A DNA stretch of 64,000 nt from Nibricoccus sp. (GCA_047602425.1 JASGHG010000001.1:960001-1024000), one strand, 5' to 3'. Shown: positions 19,511 through 31,413, numbered from the stretch's first letter. Translations and numbers: made by a program. Notes: a model not told the origin generated them from the letters alone.

Positions 19511-22363
19511 TCACAATTCATCCGGCCCCTCCAGGACCAGCCGCAGCGAATCCAGACGCAGCCGCGCCTGCGAAATTGCCGCCCGGGTGCGGTCAATCTG
19601 TTCCTGGGCAAGGGCGATTTCCTCCGGGCGCACATGGTCGTTGACTGCGCGCAAATCCACGAGGCGCTTGAGGTCGGCGCTGAGCACATCCTGGGCTTTT
19701 TGCTCCGCCGCTTTTTTCAACGCCTGAGCTCTGGCCTCCGCCGTGCGCGTCGCGGTATCGATCATCTGATTGAAAAGCTCCGGGCTAAATTCCGGGCGTT
19801 CCAGAAAACGATGGATGTCCGCATCCTCGCTTTCGGCGGCCAATTCGGCGGCATTGCGTTCTTCCGTGAGATCGCGGCCGCGCAGATCGACCAATGTGCG
19901 TACCGGCGTTGCCGCGAGAAATTGGTCCACATGCCAGCGGCTGTCCGCCACGGTTTCGAGCACGAAAATAGTTTCAAGCAAAAGGTTCGGCTTTTTGGCT
20001 GGAATAAGTCCAAAGGCCGTGGTGCCAGACTGCGAGTCGACGAGCAGGTCGATCGCGTCCTGCACGAGCGGATGGTCGGCGGAAAGGAAACGGATATCTT
20101 CGCGCGTCGCTGCCCGGCGTCGGTCGAAAGTCGCAAGCATGCCGTCGGCCGGAATCGACGGGAACCCTTCGATATAGGCATGGCTGGGATCGAGAAAGAC
20201 GTCGCCATTTTCCTCCTCCTTCATGCGCACACCAAAGTGATCGAGCAGCGCGAGCAGGAAGCGGCGAAGAAACGGGTCTGTATCCACCGCGCGGATGCGT
20301 TCGATCACACGTTCGGCGGAGGGCCGGTCAAATGACGCCATCTCCAGCAGCCGGTCGCGACCTTTCGCGAGTTTCAGGTTGAGCGCTTTTCGGAACTCCG
20401 CCGTTTCCGCGATGAGTTTTTCCAGCTCTGCTTTTCCCTCAGGTTTGCCGGTCTCGCCGTATTTCAACGCGAGCTCCAGGACACGCGCCTTGAAGGCTTG
20501 TTCATAGTCGTCGCCACCGTGCAGCGGCCGCGCGAAAGCCTCCACCCCGCGATCATACCACTCGACCACGTACTCGTCGCTGCTGCCCGAAATGTAAGGC
20601 ACGTGAATGCGGATTGTCTGCGTCTGGCCGATGCGATCGAGACGTCCGATGCGTTGTTCGAGCAAACCAGGATTCAGGGGCAAATCGAAAAGCACCAGAT
20701 GATGCGCGAATTGAAAGTTGCGCCCTTCGCTGCCGATCTCGGAGCAAATGAGGAGCTGCGCACCGTCTGGTTCGGCAAACCAAGCCGCGTTGCGGTCGCG
20801 CTGCACGAGCGGCAGATCCTCGTAGAAGAGCGCGGATTTCGCGGACATTTTTTCCTGCAACGCCGATTCGATGGCGAGGACTTTACGCTGCGATTTGCAG
20901 ATGAGCAGGACTTTTTCCGCGCGATTCGCTTTCAGGAAATCGACCAGCCAATCGATGCGCGGATCGTCCTTGAATGCATAGCGGATAGCCGCTGCGCACC
21001 CGGTTTCCTCGGCCTCGAGTTCGCGCGCGATGCGCGCCAACCGCGTGAGGTTGTTTTCCACAAGGGGCGCGGGACAAAATTTGCGCTTGGGGAAACCCGT
21101 GATTGCCGAACGGGTGTTGCGAAACATTACGCGGCCCGTGCCATGCTGGTCGAGCAACGTTTTCAGCAATGCCTCGCGGGCTCCGGCTTTGCCCTGCGCG
21201 AGCGCATCGAGATGCTGGGCGAGCCGTTCGGGCGCACGGTTGAAGATCGTTTTGAGCGTCGTGTGGTCCTTCGGTTTGAGCGGTTTCTGCTCAAGGATTT
21301 TTTCGGCAATGCCCGCGACTTCGCCAAAACGTTCGGACTCTTTGACGAACTGATCGTAATCGCTATAGCGGGCGGGATCGAGCAGGCGGAGCCGTGCGAA
21401 ATGTCCCGCGAGGCCGAGTTGAGTCGGCGTCGCCGTCAGCAGCAGCAGGCCCGGACAGCTCTGCGCGAGCCGCTCGACCAACGCGTAGCTCGGACTGGCG
21501 CTTTCCGGCGTCCACGCAAGATGATGCGCCTCGTCCACCACTACAACATCCCAGCCAGCGCTCACCGCCTGGTCGCCACGCGTCTCGTTATTCGCGAGAA
21601 AGTCGACGCTGCATAAGGCCAATTGTCCCGCGTGAAACGGGTTCTTGCCCGGATCGCTTTGCTCGCATGCCACGCAACGCGCCTCGTCGTAAAGGCCGAA
21701 CCAGAGATTAAATCGACGCAACAGTTCGACGAACCACTGGTGCAGCAAGGACCCGGGCACAAGAATCAGCACCCGGCGCGCCCGGCCGATCACAAGCAAC
21801 CGTTGAACGATCAGGCAGGCTTCGATGGTTTTGCCCAGACCCACTTCGTCCGCCAGCAATGCCCGCGGAATCTGGCGCGCCGAAACTTCCTGCAAGATAT
21901 AAAATTGATGCGGTAGCAGTTCGAGCCGGCCCCCGAGAAAACCCCGCACTTCGGATTGGCGGAAGCGTGCCTGCGCCTGCAACGCGCGATAGCGCAGGTC
22001 GAACACTTCTCCCGGATCGACTTGTCCGGCCATAAGCCGTTCCTGCGGCAAGCTGACACTAGTCACGTCCGACAATTCGTCTTCGCGCACACGCCTGCCC
22101 TGCCCCACGTAAACCAAAAGCCCTTGCGTTTCCTCAATTGTTTCCACGACCAACGTCTTTCCATCGCGTGTGACGAGCGACTCGCCCGCGCGAAATCGCA
22201 CGCGTTTGAGCACCGGCGTCTTCAGGGCATAGATCCGCTTTTCGCGTGTGGCCGGAAATTCGATTGTCACTTGAGCACGCTCCACCGCCGCGACGACTCC
22301 GAGCCCTAACTCAGGTTCTCGTTCGCTCATGAAACGCTGTCCGACAACAAAGGAAAAAGACAT
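19511..22363 (-). CDS. rapA: RNA polymerase-associated SNF2 ATPase RapA
   Basis: GQRF.SE.EPELGLG, LLADEVGLGKT, DEAHH, SEIGSEGRNFQF, EQRIGRLDRIGQ. Confidence 0.95.
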   Translation of the reverse strand: MSFSFVVGQRFMSEREPELGLGVVAAVERAQVTIEFPATREKRIYALKTPVLKRVRFRAGESLVTRDGKTLVVETIEETQGLLVYVGQGRRVREDELSDVTSVSLPQERLMAGQVDPGEVFDLRYRALQAQARFRQSEVRGFLGGRLELLPHQFYILQEVSARQIPRALLADEVGLGKTIEACLIVQRLLVIGRARRVLILVPGSLLHQWFVELLRRFNLWFGLYDEARCVACEQSDPGKNPFHAGQLALCSVDFLANNETRGDQAVSAGWDVVVVDEAHHLAWTPESASPSYALVERLAQSCPGLLLLTATPTQLGLAGHFARLRLLDPARYSDYDQFVKESERFGEVAGIAEKILEQKPLKPKDHTTLKTIFNRAPERLAQHLDALAQGKAGAREALLKTLLDQHGTGRVMFRNTRSAITGFPKRKFCPAPLVENNLTRLARIARELEAEETGCAAAIRYAFKDDPRIDWLVDFLKANRAEKVLLICKSQRKVLAIESALQEKMSAKSALFYEDLPLVQRDRNAAWFAEPDGAQLLICSEIGSEGRNFQFAHHLVLFDLPLNPGLLEQRIGRLDRIGQTQTIRIHVPYISGSSDEYVVEWYDRGVEAFARPLHGGDDYEQAFKARVLELALKYGETGKPEGKAELEKLIAETAEFRKALNLKLAKGRDRLLEMASFDRPSAERVIERIRAVDTDPFLRRFLLALLDHFGVRMKEEENGDVFLDPSHAYIEGFPSIPADGMLATFDRRRAATREDIRFLSADHPLVQDAIDLLVDSQSGTTAFGLIPAKKPNLLLETIFVLETVADSRWHVDQFLAATPVRTLVDLRGRDLTEERNAAELAAESEDADIHRFLERPEFSPELFNQMIDTATRTAEARAQALKKAAEQKAQDVLSADLKRLVDLRAVNDHVRPEEIALAQEQIDRTRAAISQARLRLDSLRLVLEGPDEL

Positions 22364-22475
22364 CCCTTCATCAGACCGCCACCGGCCCACAATTCAAAGC
22401 GAAAGATGAACCGCCTTGCCGCATTCTTTTTGGATGATGAGAACCTGACGTTTTCGCCCCGGCGCTGTTGGGCCG

Positions 22476-22988
22476 TCAGTCTCGACCGGCGTGCAGGGCA
22501 ACGGGCTCAGCGACGTTTATTTTGCGTGCCGCTTGAAATAACCGAACCTCTCGACAGGCCTTTTCTCCGCAATGGTGAAGATCGGCACCAGCCCCGGGAC
22601 TGGCGCAGCGATGGGCTCGGTTGCAAACCAGCCACCGCTCAGCGTGTTCGAGCGCCGTAAACGCCGAATAGTCCACATCCAGTTCGGTCATTGCGGCCAG
22701 GCCGGTGTACATGCAGACCAACGCAAAGGTTTCAGGGGTCGATGCGACGAAGACCGTTTTAGCATGACCGCGCAGTTCCTCGTAGGTTTTGGCTGCGCTG
22801 GCAATTTCCTCAAAATCGGTCCGCGACATCGAGGCGATCGATGCCTCGGAAAGATCCCAAATAACATCCGGGAAAACGAGCTTGGGAAAAAACGCGTGAA
22901 TGGCACTGGCGATATCCTCGCGACACGTTTCTCCTCGCACGTGAAAGGTGGTCCAGCCGTAGCCGTTGACGACTTCGATTTTAGCCAT
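22476..22988 (-). CDS. hypothetical protein, STAS/SpoIIAA-like fold possible
   Basis: VIWDLSEA, KTVFVA, F..LE.AE.WL pattern; Cys/His tail. Confidence 0.6.
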   Translation of the reverse strand: MAKIEVVNGYGWTTFHVRGETCREDIASAIHAFFPKLVFPDVIWDLSEASIASMSRTDFEEIASAAKTYEELRGHAKTVFVASTPETFALVCMYTGLAAMTELDVDYSAFTALEHAERWLVCNRAHRCASPGAGADLHHCGEKACREVRLFQAARKINVAEPVALHAGRD

Positions 22989-23191
22989 GGGGGGTCGAAC
23001 GCTGTTAAGACGCACCGCGCAGGCGGGTCCCGTTGTGATGCGTAGTTGCAGTGTCGTTCATCGGACCATTGTGCCAAAATTGGGCTCACACCGTTGTCAC
23101 AAATGTGTCACAACCTGATTCGCATTCCACGGCGAGCCGGGGCTTTCCCCTATTGGTTTTTCGACGAGCCTGTTTCTAGCGAATGCGTCCA

Positions 23192-24172
23192 TCAATCCGC
23201 CATCGCGAAACGCTGACGGTACTCGGCCGGCGTCACGCCCATATCCTGCATAAACGCGCGCCAAAGTGTGCTCTGATCGCCCAAACCCGTCCGAGCGGTA
23301 ACATCTTTCAGCGGCAACGTAGTTTCCTCCAACAGCCGGCGCGCTTCGGCCATGCGAAGTCGGCGGACCAATTCGGCTGGCGACTCTTTGTACTGCTTGC
23401 GACACCAACGACTGAGCGTGCGAACGCTCATCCCCACCTGAGTTGCCAGACGCTCCACCGGGAGTTGCTCATCGAGATGCTCACGGACAAAGGTGGAAAG
23501 ATCGCGCAAGCCAGGCGACTCCTGTTCCTGAAAACGGAGGGCAGAACTAAATTGCGCCTGATGTCCCGAGCGCCGCAAAAACAGAACCATCCGCTTGGCG
23601 ACACGCATGGCGAGCGCGTGGCCGTAGTCCTCCTCGACCAAAGCTAGCGCCAGATCGACTCCCGCCGTCACCCCCGCCGACGTCCACACGCCGCGATCCC
23701 TCACGTAAATCCCGTGATCGATCACACGCACTTTGGGAAAACGCTCGCGCAGCGCATCCAAGTGCAGCCAATGCGTGGTAGCCCGGCGCCCGTCGAGAAA
23801 TCCCGCCGCCGCCAAAGTAAACGCCCCCGTGCACACTGAAACCGCCCGCTTGATGCGCGGTCGATGTAGACGAAGCCAGGGCACCAGCGGAGCGTGATCC
23901 TCCGGAACAGGATCCGCTGGCGAACCACCTGCCACCACCACGGTGTCGGGCGGTGACGCAATCTTGGACGGCAGCGGCTTCACGCCACTCAGGCAAAGAC
24001 CGTAACGAGTCTGGGTCGTCGGCGCGCCCGGACCGAAAAGATGTAGAGAGTATGCCTCGCGGCCCAGGAGGTCATTCGCGTGCCCCAAGACTTCCCATGG
24101 CCCCGCGATGTTGATCATCGACGTGCGCGGAACAACGAGAAACCAGACTTGTTTGGCGACGGAGGGCGGCAT
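23192..24172 (-). CDS. GlxA-family regulator (DJ-1/PfpI + AraC)
   Basis: SVCTGAF.LA.AG.LDGRRATTHW, TSAGVTAG.D, C-terminal AraC HTH. Confidence 0.93.
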   Translation of the reverse strand: MPPSVAKQVWFLVVPRTSMINIAGPWEVLGHANDLLGREAYSLHLFGPGAPTTQTRYGLCLSGVKPLPSKIASPPDTVVVAGGSPADPVPEDHAPLVPWLRLHRPRIKRAVSVCTGAFTLAAAGFLDGRRATTHWLHLDALRERFPKVRVIDHGIYVRDRGVWTSAGVTAGVDLALALVEEDYGHALAMRVAKRMVLFLRRSGHQAQFSSALRFQEQESPGLRDLSTFVREHLDEQLPVERLATQVGMSVRTLSRWCRKQYKESPAELVRRLRMAEARRLLEETTLPLKDVTARTGLGDQSTLWRAFMQDMGVTPAEYRQRFAMAD

Positions 24173-24200
24173 GAACGAAGCAAGGCAGACGTTGTCCTAA

Positions 24201-25370
<1,170 letters not shown>

Positions 25371-25577
25371 TCGCTCGCTGCCGGAAGTTTCGACCTAAAA
25401 GCCGAACTAACCTCAAGATCCACTCAAGACTCCGATAACCCTCGAACGTGCCATTAGCGCCGCCATTATCATGATTTAACGTTAAAATAAGCATTGACCG
25501 CGACGTTTGCACGCGCATCAACTCGGGGCACGGCATACCCCAACATTCATGCCGCAACCCCAAAGACGGAGTCGTAT

Positions 25578-27608
25578 ATGAATAGATTAATACCCCATCG
25601 GATCATCGTGCTCGCGTGCATCCTCATGTTGCCCTTGGCAGCATTCGCGCAACTCCCCTCCCCGACCTACGGCTGGAACCTCGGCAACACCCTTGAGCCT
25701 CCCTCCGGCGAAGGAACCTGGGGTCCTGCCGCCACCCAGAACCTTATCAACGCGGTCGCCAACGCCGGCTTCAACACCGTACGCCTGCCGGTCGCGTGGG
25801 ACAGCCACGCTAACCAGTCCACATACGTCATTGATTCCGCCTGGATGGCCCGCGTCAAGCAGGTGGTCGACTGGTGCGTCGCCAGAAATCTCTACGTGAT
25901 CATCAATTGCCATTGGGACAACGGCTGGTTGGAAAACAATATCACCGACAGCGTGAACCCGACGATCAACGCGAAGATGCAGTCTTATTGGACGCAGATC
26001 GCGAACACGTTTAAAAATTATGACAGCAGGTTGATCTTTGCCGGCGCCAACGAACCCGCCGTCGATACCGCCGCGGAGATGACCACGCTCAACGCCTATT
26101 ATCAGACGTTCATCAACGCCGTACGCGCCACCGGCGGCAACAACAGCACCCGCTGGCTCGCGATTCAGGGCCCGAGCACCGACATCGACTACACAGATTC
26201 GTTGATGAATACGCTGCCCACCGACTCGGCCTCCGGTCGGCTGATGATCGAAGTTCACTATTACTCTCCGTACCAATTCACCCTCATGACGGCCGACGCC
26301 GACTGGGGAAAAATGTTCTACTTCTGGGGCCAGGCCTACCACCACGCCACCCGCACCGATCGCAACGCGAACTGGGGCGAGGAAGCGTATGTCAACTCGC
26401 AATTCGAAAAAATGCGCGCCAAGTTCATCGCCCGCGGAATTCCCGTGATTATCGGCGAATTCCAGGGCTTCAAACGCGCCGTCAGTTCCGACCTCACCGG
26501 AACCGATTACAACCTCCACGTCGCCTCGCGAACCTTCTTCCATAAAACCATCGTCGACACTGCCAATAGCAAAGGCCTCAAGCCCATCTACTGGGACATC
26601 GCCGGTCAGATGTTCGATTGGACCACCGGTGCGACCACCGACGCGGACAACCTGCGCACCCTCGTCGGCGGTGCCGCGCTGCCGCCTCCCGGAACGTCGA
26701 ACCTCACCGTATCGGCCACGTCGCTCTCGCTCGGCGCGAGTGCAGGCAGCACGACATTCTCCATCACTTCAAACGTGTCGTGGACCACGTCTGACGACCA
26801 ATCCTGGCTCACCGTTACCCCGGCGAGCGGTTCCAACAATGCGACGGCCACAGTCACAGCCACCGCCAACACCGCCACGACCTCGCGCACCGGCACCGTC
26901 ACGGTCACCGGCAGTGGCATCACCCGCACGATCACCGTCACCCAGAGCGGCGTAACGTCGTCGAACCTCACCGTATCGACAACATCGCTCTCCTTCGGCG
27001 CCGCGGCCGGCAGCGCCTCGTTCTCGATCACGTCGAACGTCTCGTGGACCACGACCGACAATCAATCGTGGATCACCGTGACGCCCGCCAGCGGATCGAA
27101 CAACGCCACCGCAACGGTCACCGTCACCGCCAACACCGCCACCGCCTCGCGCAGCGGCACTGTCACCGTCACCGGCGGCAGCATTACCCGAACCATCACC
27201 GTAACCCAGGCCGGCACAACCGGCACGACGGCAGATACCTATCAGGCCGAGAGCGGCACCATTGCCGGCGGTGTGACGATTGACAGCAACAACACCGGTT
27301 TCAACGGCACGGGCTTCGCGAACTTCCCCGCCAACGGCGGCTCGCTCACCTTCAGCAATGTGGACGGCAACGGCGGCGGCACGAAAGCCCTGCAAATTCG
27401 ATACGCGCTGGGCATCACGTCCTCTCGCACCGGCACGATCACCGTTAACGGCACAGCCACGAACATCACGTTTGCACCCACGGGATCATGGACAACCTGG
27501 AACACCCTCACCGTGAACATCACGCTGAACAACAATTCCACCAATACGATCCGCTTCGCCTCCACCGGTTCCGATCTAGGCAACATCGACCAAATTATCG
27601 TGCCCTAG
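25578..27608 (+). CDS. secreted GH5 glycanase with two BACON domains and a CBM35-like module
   Basis: GWNLGNTLE, NEP acid/base, HYY, IIGEF nucleophile; two ITSNVSW..SW.TVTP.SG repeats; YQAE..GF.G.GF C-terminal module. Confidence 0.9.
   Translation: MNRLIPHRIIVLACILMLPLAAFAQLPSPTYGWNLGNTLEPPSGEGTWGPAATQNLINAVANAGFNTVRLPVAWDSHANQSTYVIDSAWMARVKQVVDWCVARNLYVIINCHWDNGWLENNITDSVNPTINAKMQSYWTQIANTFKNYDSRLIFAGANEPAVDTAAEMTTLNAYYQTFINAVRATGGNNSTRWLAIQGPSTDIDYTDSLMNTLPTDSASGRLMIEVHYYSPYQFTLMTADADWGKMFYFWGQAYHHATRTDRNANWGEEAYVNSQFEKMRAKFIARGIPVIIGEFQGFKRAVSSDLTGTDYNLHVASRTFFHKTIVDTANSKGLKPIYWDIAGQMFDWTTGATTDADNLRTLVGGAALPPPGTSNLTVSATSLSLGASAGSTTFSITSNVSWTTSDDQSWLTVTPASGSNNATATVTATANTATTSRTGTVTVTGSGITRTITVTQSGVTSSNLTVSTTSLSFGAAAGSASFSITSNVSWTTTDNQSWITVTPASGSNNATATVTVTANTATASRSGTVTVTGGSITRTITVTQAGTTGTTADTYQAESGTIAGGVTIDSNNTGFNGTGFANFPANGGSLTFSNVDGNGGGTKALQIRYALGITSSRTGTITVNGTATNITFAPTGSWTTWNTLTVNITLNNNSTNTIRFASTGSDLGNIDQIIVP
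26697..27224 (+). repeat. tandem 264-bp BACON-domain duplication
   Basis: TCGAACCTCACCGTATCG at 26697 and 26961; near-identical 88-aa units. Confidence 0.85.
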
Positions 27609-27627
27609 TACTCATCCGTTAGTTATT

Positions 27628-27698
27628 GAATGGAGGGTCGACTTCCACGCCGACCGTTGGCTCATGCCATGGCCGACTTGGAAGTCGGCCCTCCATTC
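27628..27698. repeat. REP-like palindrome
   Basis: GAATGGAGGGTCGACTTCCA...TGGAAGTCGGCCCTCCATTC inverted arms just after the GH5 stop. Confidence 0.75.
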
Positions 27699-28319
27699 CA
27701 GCGGATCGTTGAACGGCGCTCTCTTTGCCTCGACCGCCTGTTCCACGATTCCACGGCCCATCTTTCGCCCACGCCCTCAAATCGGCCAGTGAAGCGTCAG
27801 GGGACTGAAATGCGGAGCCCTCGTTGCAGTATCGACTCCCTATGCCTTGGTTCGACTGCAACTTATAGCACTCCAATGAAACCATAGCCGCTGGTTTGTT
27901 GGTAGCGGCGCAAAAATTCGGCGAGGTTTGGCAGTCTGATTTTTTGATCACAGTTTTCCACAAATGCGGTTGTATCGCCGAGCTGTAGCATCGCCTTCGG
28001 CGACCAAATTGAGATGACCGCGCCCGACACCCCCGTTTGAGGGAAAGATGTAAATCGTGAAAACAACTTAAACCACCAATTAGTACTAATAGGCGCGAAT
28101 ATCAAAACTGATACATTGATGAGGGTTGTTAGTCAGGGCTTTAAGCGCAAAGCATGAGTGGTATTGTTCGTCTCAAGAAATCAATGGGGTCCAGCTCCAG
28201 GGTTTCATTTGCACCCCCCTATGCTTCCGAGTTCTGAAGTTTCGTGTAGTTCCGCCCGGCATGCCACCGGCGTGAGGTCGCTAAACTACTCCTTAGCACT
28301 AACCCCACCGCCAAAAAAC

Positions 28320-28514
28320 ATGTCTAAAGATCACGAGCAGCAACGAAAGGAACTCTGGTGCGAGGTCTATGCTGCCGCCATAAAATCGTCTGATTCTGCC
28401 GATCCGCAGGAAGCCGAAAAACGAGCGGATACAGCGCTCAGTTTATTCGACCAACGGTTTTCACCGCCGACTATCGTGGAAAATGACGGCTTGGATTCTG
28501 TCGCGCTCATGTGA
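28320..28514 (+). CDS. small hypothetical protein (64 aa)
   Basis: MSKDHEQQRKELWCEVYAAA..ADTALSLFDQRF; helical composition, A-rich leader. Confidence 0.5.
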   Translation: MSKDHEQQRKELWCEVYAAAIKSSDSADPQEAEKRADTALSLFDQRFSPPTIVENDGLDSVALM

Positions 28515-28720
28515 CACGTGCCAGGGGCTCGATCTTCACCACTTCATCGAGGTCGATTGAGTTTGGAGCTTGTGGTCGGTCGCTATTGGTTCGTTCTATC
28601 AGTCCAACCGGCGAATAACATCGTGCGGTAAACCGCCTTCGAAACGGACAAGGCTGTGCCTTCCCCTGCGCTCAATCTTCTCCTCGCACCGGGCTTCGAT
28701 CGTCGCCAAGTTTGGGCACT

Positions 28721-29722
28721 GTGATCACCGCCGCTTTTTACGATACGAAGTCCTACGATCGGGAGTACCTAGCCTTGGCGCCATCGGCCGGCCAGTTGCA
28801 AAATGTGTTCCACGAATTTCGGCTCAGCCGAGAAACCGTGGCCACCGCCGCCGGCGCCCAAGCCGTCTGCGTTTTCGTCAACGACCGCGTTGACCGTCCC
28901 TGCTTGGAACAACTCGCGGCCCTCGGCGTTCGGCACGTGGCTTTGCGCTGCGCCGGTTTCAACAACGTCGATCTCGCCGCCGCTAAAGCCCTCGGCCTCG
29001 CGGTCACGCGCGTCCCGGCCTACTCACCTCACGCTGTCGCCGAACACACGGTCGCGTTGCTGCAGACACTCAACCGCAAACTTCATCGCGCCTACAACCG
29101 CGTCCGCGAACACAATTTTTCCCTCTCCGGTCTCGTGGGTTTCGATCTCCACGGCAAGACGGTCGGCATTGTCGGTACCGGCCGGATCGGCCGAATCACC
29201 GCGGAGATCTTTCGCGGCTTCGGTTGCCGGATCGTCGCGCACGATCCCTTTCCCGCGACCGAATGGGCCGACGCCCAGGGTGTCGCGTATCTGCCCCTCG
29301 AAGATCTTCTCGCGGTCAGCGACATCGTCTCCCTCCATCTACCCCTGACGCCACAGAGTCAGCATCTCCTCAACCGCACCACCCTCGCCCACATGAAACG
29401 CGGCGCTTACCTGCTCAATACCAGCCGTGGCAAACTGATCGAAACACAGGCCCTGATTGCCCACCTCAAATCCGGCCACCTCGGCGGCGTCGGCCTCGAT
29501 GTCTACGAAGAAGAGGAAGGAATTTTCTTCGAAGATCATTCCGGCGAGGTCATGCAGGACGATGCGCTCTCGCGCCTGCTGACATTTCCCAACGTCCTGG
29601 TCACTTCCCACCAAGCCTATTTCACCGCCGAGGCCCTCCGCGAAATCATGCGCGTGACAACGGAAAACATTCTCCACGGCGCGACCGACCAGGCTTTTCT
29701 CGAAGGCACCCGTCTCGCTTAA
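28721..29722 (+). CDS. ldhA: D-lactate / 2-hydroxyacid dehydrogenase
   Basis: ALRCAGFNNVD, VPAYSP.AVAEH, GTGRIG, NTSRG, LDVYEEE. Confidence 0.88.
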   Translation: MITAAFYDTKSYDREYLALAPSAGQLQNVFHEFRLSRETVATAAGAQAVCVFVNDRVDRPCLEQLAALGVRHVALRCAGFNNVDLAAAKALGLAVTRVPAYSPHAVAEHTVALLQTLNRKLHRAYNRVREHNFSLSGLVGFDLHGKTVGIVGTGRIGRITAEIFRGFGCRIVAHDPFPATEWADAQGVAYLPLEDLLAVSDIVSLHLPLTPQSQHLLNRTTLAHMKRGAYLLNTSRGKLIETQALIAHLKSGHLGGVGLDVYEEEEGIFFEDHSGEVMQDDALSRLLTFPNVLVTSHQAYFTAEALREIMRVTTENILHGATDQAFLEGTRLA

Positions 29723-29763
29723 ACCACGCTGTACCGCCAACAGAGCGGAATCCTATCCTGTCT

Positions 29764-31413
29764 CTACGGCGTGGAGTTTTCCTGCGGCTCAAAAGGCTCC
29801 ACGCGTTTAAAGTCCGTGCGCGTCGCTTCGATCGACCGCGAAATTTTTACGAGCATCACTCGCGCACCTCCGCCGATTTTCAAAAACGCCAACTGCGGTG
29901 CGAGCGAAGGATCCAACATTTGGAAACGCGCCTCGAGTCCCGCGTCGGTCACCTTTGCGACGCCGGCGACACGCAACGGTTCGCGCAGTTTCAGCGAGAA
30001 ATCCTCGAACCCGCGGTTCGTTTTGTTCACGCGAAAACGCGCCTGAAATTTGTCGGCGGGAAATTCCGCATTCGACGCCTTTACCGGCAGTTCGAAGACC
30101 ACGACCGCCGTTTCGTCCGCACAAATCCGCACGTCGTCGATATCGACGATGCTCAGGAGCGGCGGCATCTGGCTTAAACTCACTTCAGATCCCCGCCCTT
30201 CGTCGCGCCATTTTTTTAGATACGCGGCTTTGGGCGTTTTGCCATCCACCTTGAGCAAGGTGCGGCGTTCCTCCGCCGGTTTGGAGGGATCGATCCGCAC
30301 GGTCGTCACGTGGCCGTCCTCCAACGACCGCGACGTTTCCGTGTAGGCCCAGCAGTCCTCGCCGCTTCCCAGCTTGCCGAGCGCCGTCAGGAAAAGCTCC
30401 TTCTGCTCCGCCGTGGCCGCAGGCAATTTCAGAAACGACTCCGCCCGCACTACACCCGCACCCGTGCCCGCGCTTTTCGGGGCAACCGTCGGACGATTGT
30501 AGCTGGTGATGGTTTCGGTCTTCCCGGACAAAGCCTCGAACGGCCAGCGTCCGGTGACGCGGCCGACTTTGTGCAGCCAGAAATCGATCTCCGCTTCAAA
30601 CTCGGCCCGCACCTCCTCCGCGGAAAACTCCCGTCGCTTTCCTTTTATCTTCGGCGCCACGCAGTGCCCGCGGTCCATCGCCCCCGAGGGCGACGTCAGA
30701 AAACTGCTCGCCTCCAGCTCCGGCGACGGCGACCGATGCTCCAGCGTGATCTCGGTCTTGCCGCGCTGCTGCGTCACCCAGATGCGATGCGTGCCCGTCG
30801 GCTGCACGATGCGCCATTCGTAGCCGAGGGCGCCTGGCCCCATCGACCAAATCCCATTATCCAAAACCTCCCGGGCGAGCGCCGCCAGCGGCCCCTCTTC
30901 CTTGACCACCGCCGGACTCCGGCCCTCCGGTGGACTCCATTTCTCGCTGCCCCAACGCGGTGGTGCCGACGGCAGGGTCAACGTCACCGTCCGCAACTCT
31001 TTCGTCTCCGCCGAACGAACGGCCATCGTCACCGTCACGCTCTTCTTGCCCGCTTCGAGTTCGGCCCATTTTCGCTGTTGTAGCTTGTCCGGCTTGAACG
31101 CCATCGACCAGACCGACGGCGTTTTCCCGTCGATCTTTTCAATCAGCTCCCCCGGCTTCAACCCCGCCTTGGCCGCCGCCGTATTCGGAAAAACTTCCGC
31201 CACCGTCACCGTATCGAACCCAGGAATCCGAATCGTGACATTAAAGCGAACTCCCAAATCTTCCATCCGCACGCCCCTGACCTGCATGGAGGGAAGCACC
31301 GTCACATCCTCGATCTCCCGCTCCTGCGCCACACCCCACGCTCCGCTCCCCAACAAAAACAAAAAGAACAACAGCAGGCGCACCGGTCGAACCAACCAAG
31401 CGAAGAGCAACAT
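29764..31413 (-). CDS. exported PDZ-domain protein
   Basis: Signal peptide; VAEVFPNTAAAKAGLKPGELIEKIDGK. Confidence 0.75.
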   Translation of the reverse strand: MLLFAWLVRPVRLLLFFLFLLGSGAWGVAQEREIEDVTVLPSMQVRGVRMEDLGVRFNVTIRIPGFDTVTVAEVFPNTAAAKAGLKPGELIEKIDGKTPSVWSMAFKPDKLQQRKWAELEAGKKSVTVTMAVRSAETKELRTVTLTLPSAPPRWGSEKWSPPEGRSPAVVKEEGPLAALAREVLDNGIWSMGPGALGYEWRIVQPTGTHRIWVTQQRGKTEITLEHRSPSPELEASSFLTSPSGAMDRGHCVAPKIKGKRREFSAEEVRAEFEAEIDFWLHKVGRVTGRWPFEALSGKTETITSYNRPTVAPKSAGTGAGVVRAESFLKLPAATAEQKELFLTALGKLGSGEDCWAYTETSRSLEDGHVTTVRIDPSKPAEERRTLLKVDGKTPKAAYLKKWRDEGRGSEVSLSQMPPLLSIVDIDDVRICADETAVVVFELPVKASNAEFPADKFQARFRVNKTNRGFEDFSLKLREPLRVAGVAKVTDAGLEARFQMLDPSLAPQLAFLKIGGGARVMLVKISRSIEATRTDFKRVEPFEPQENSTP

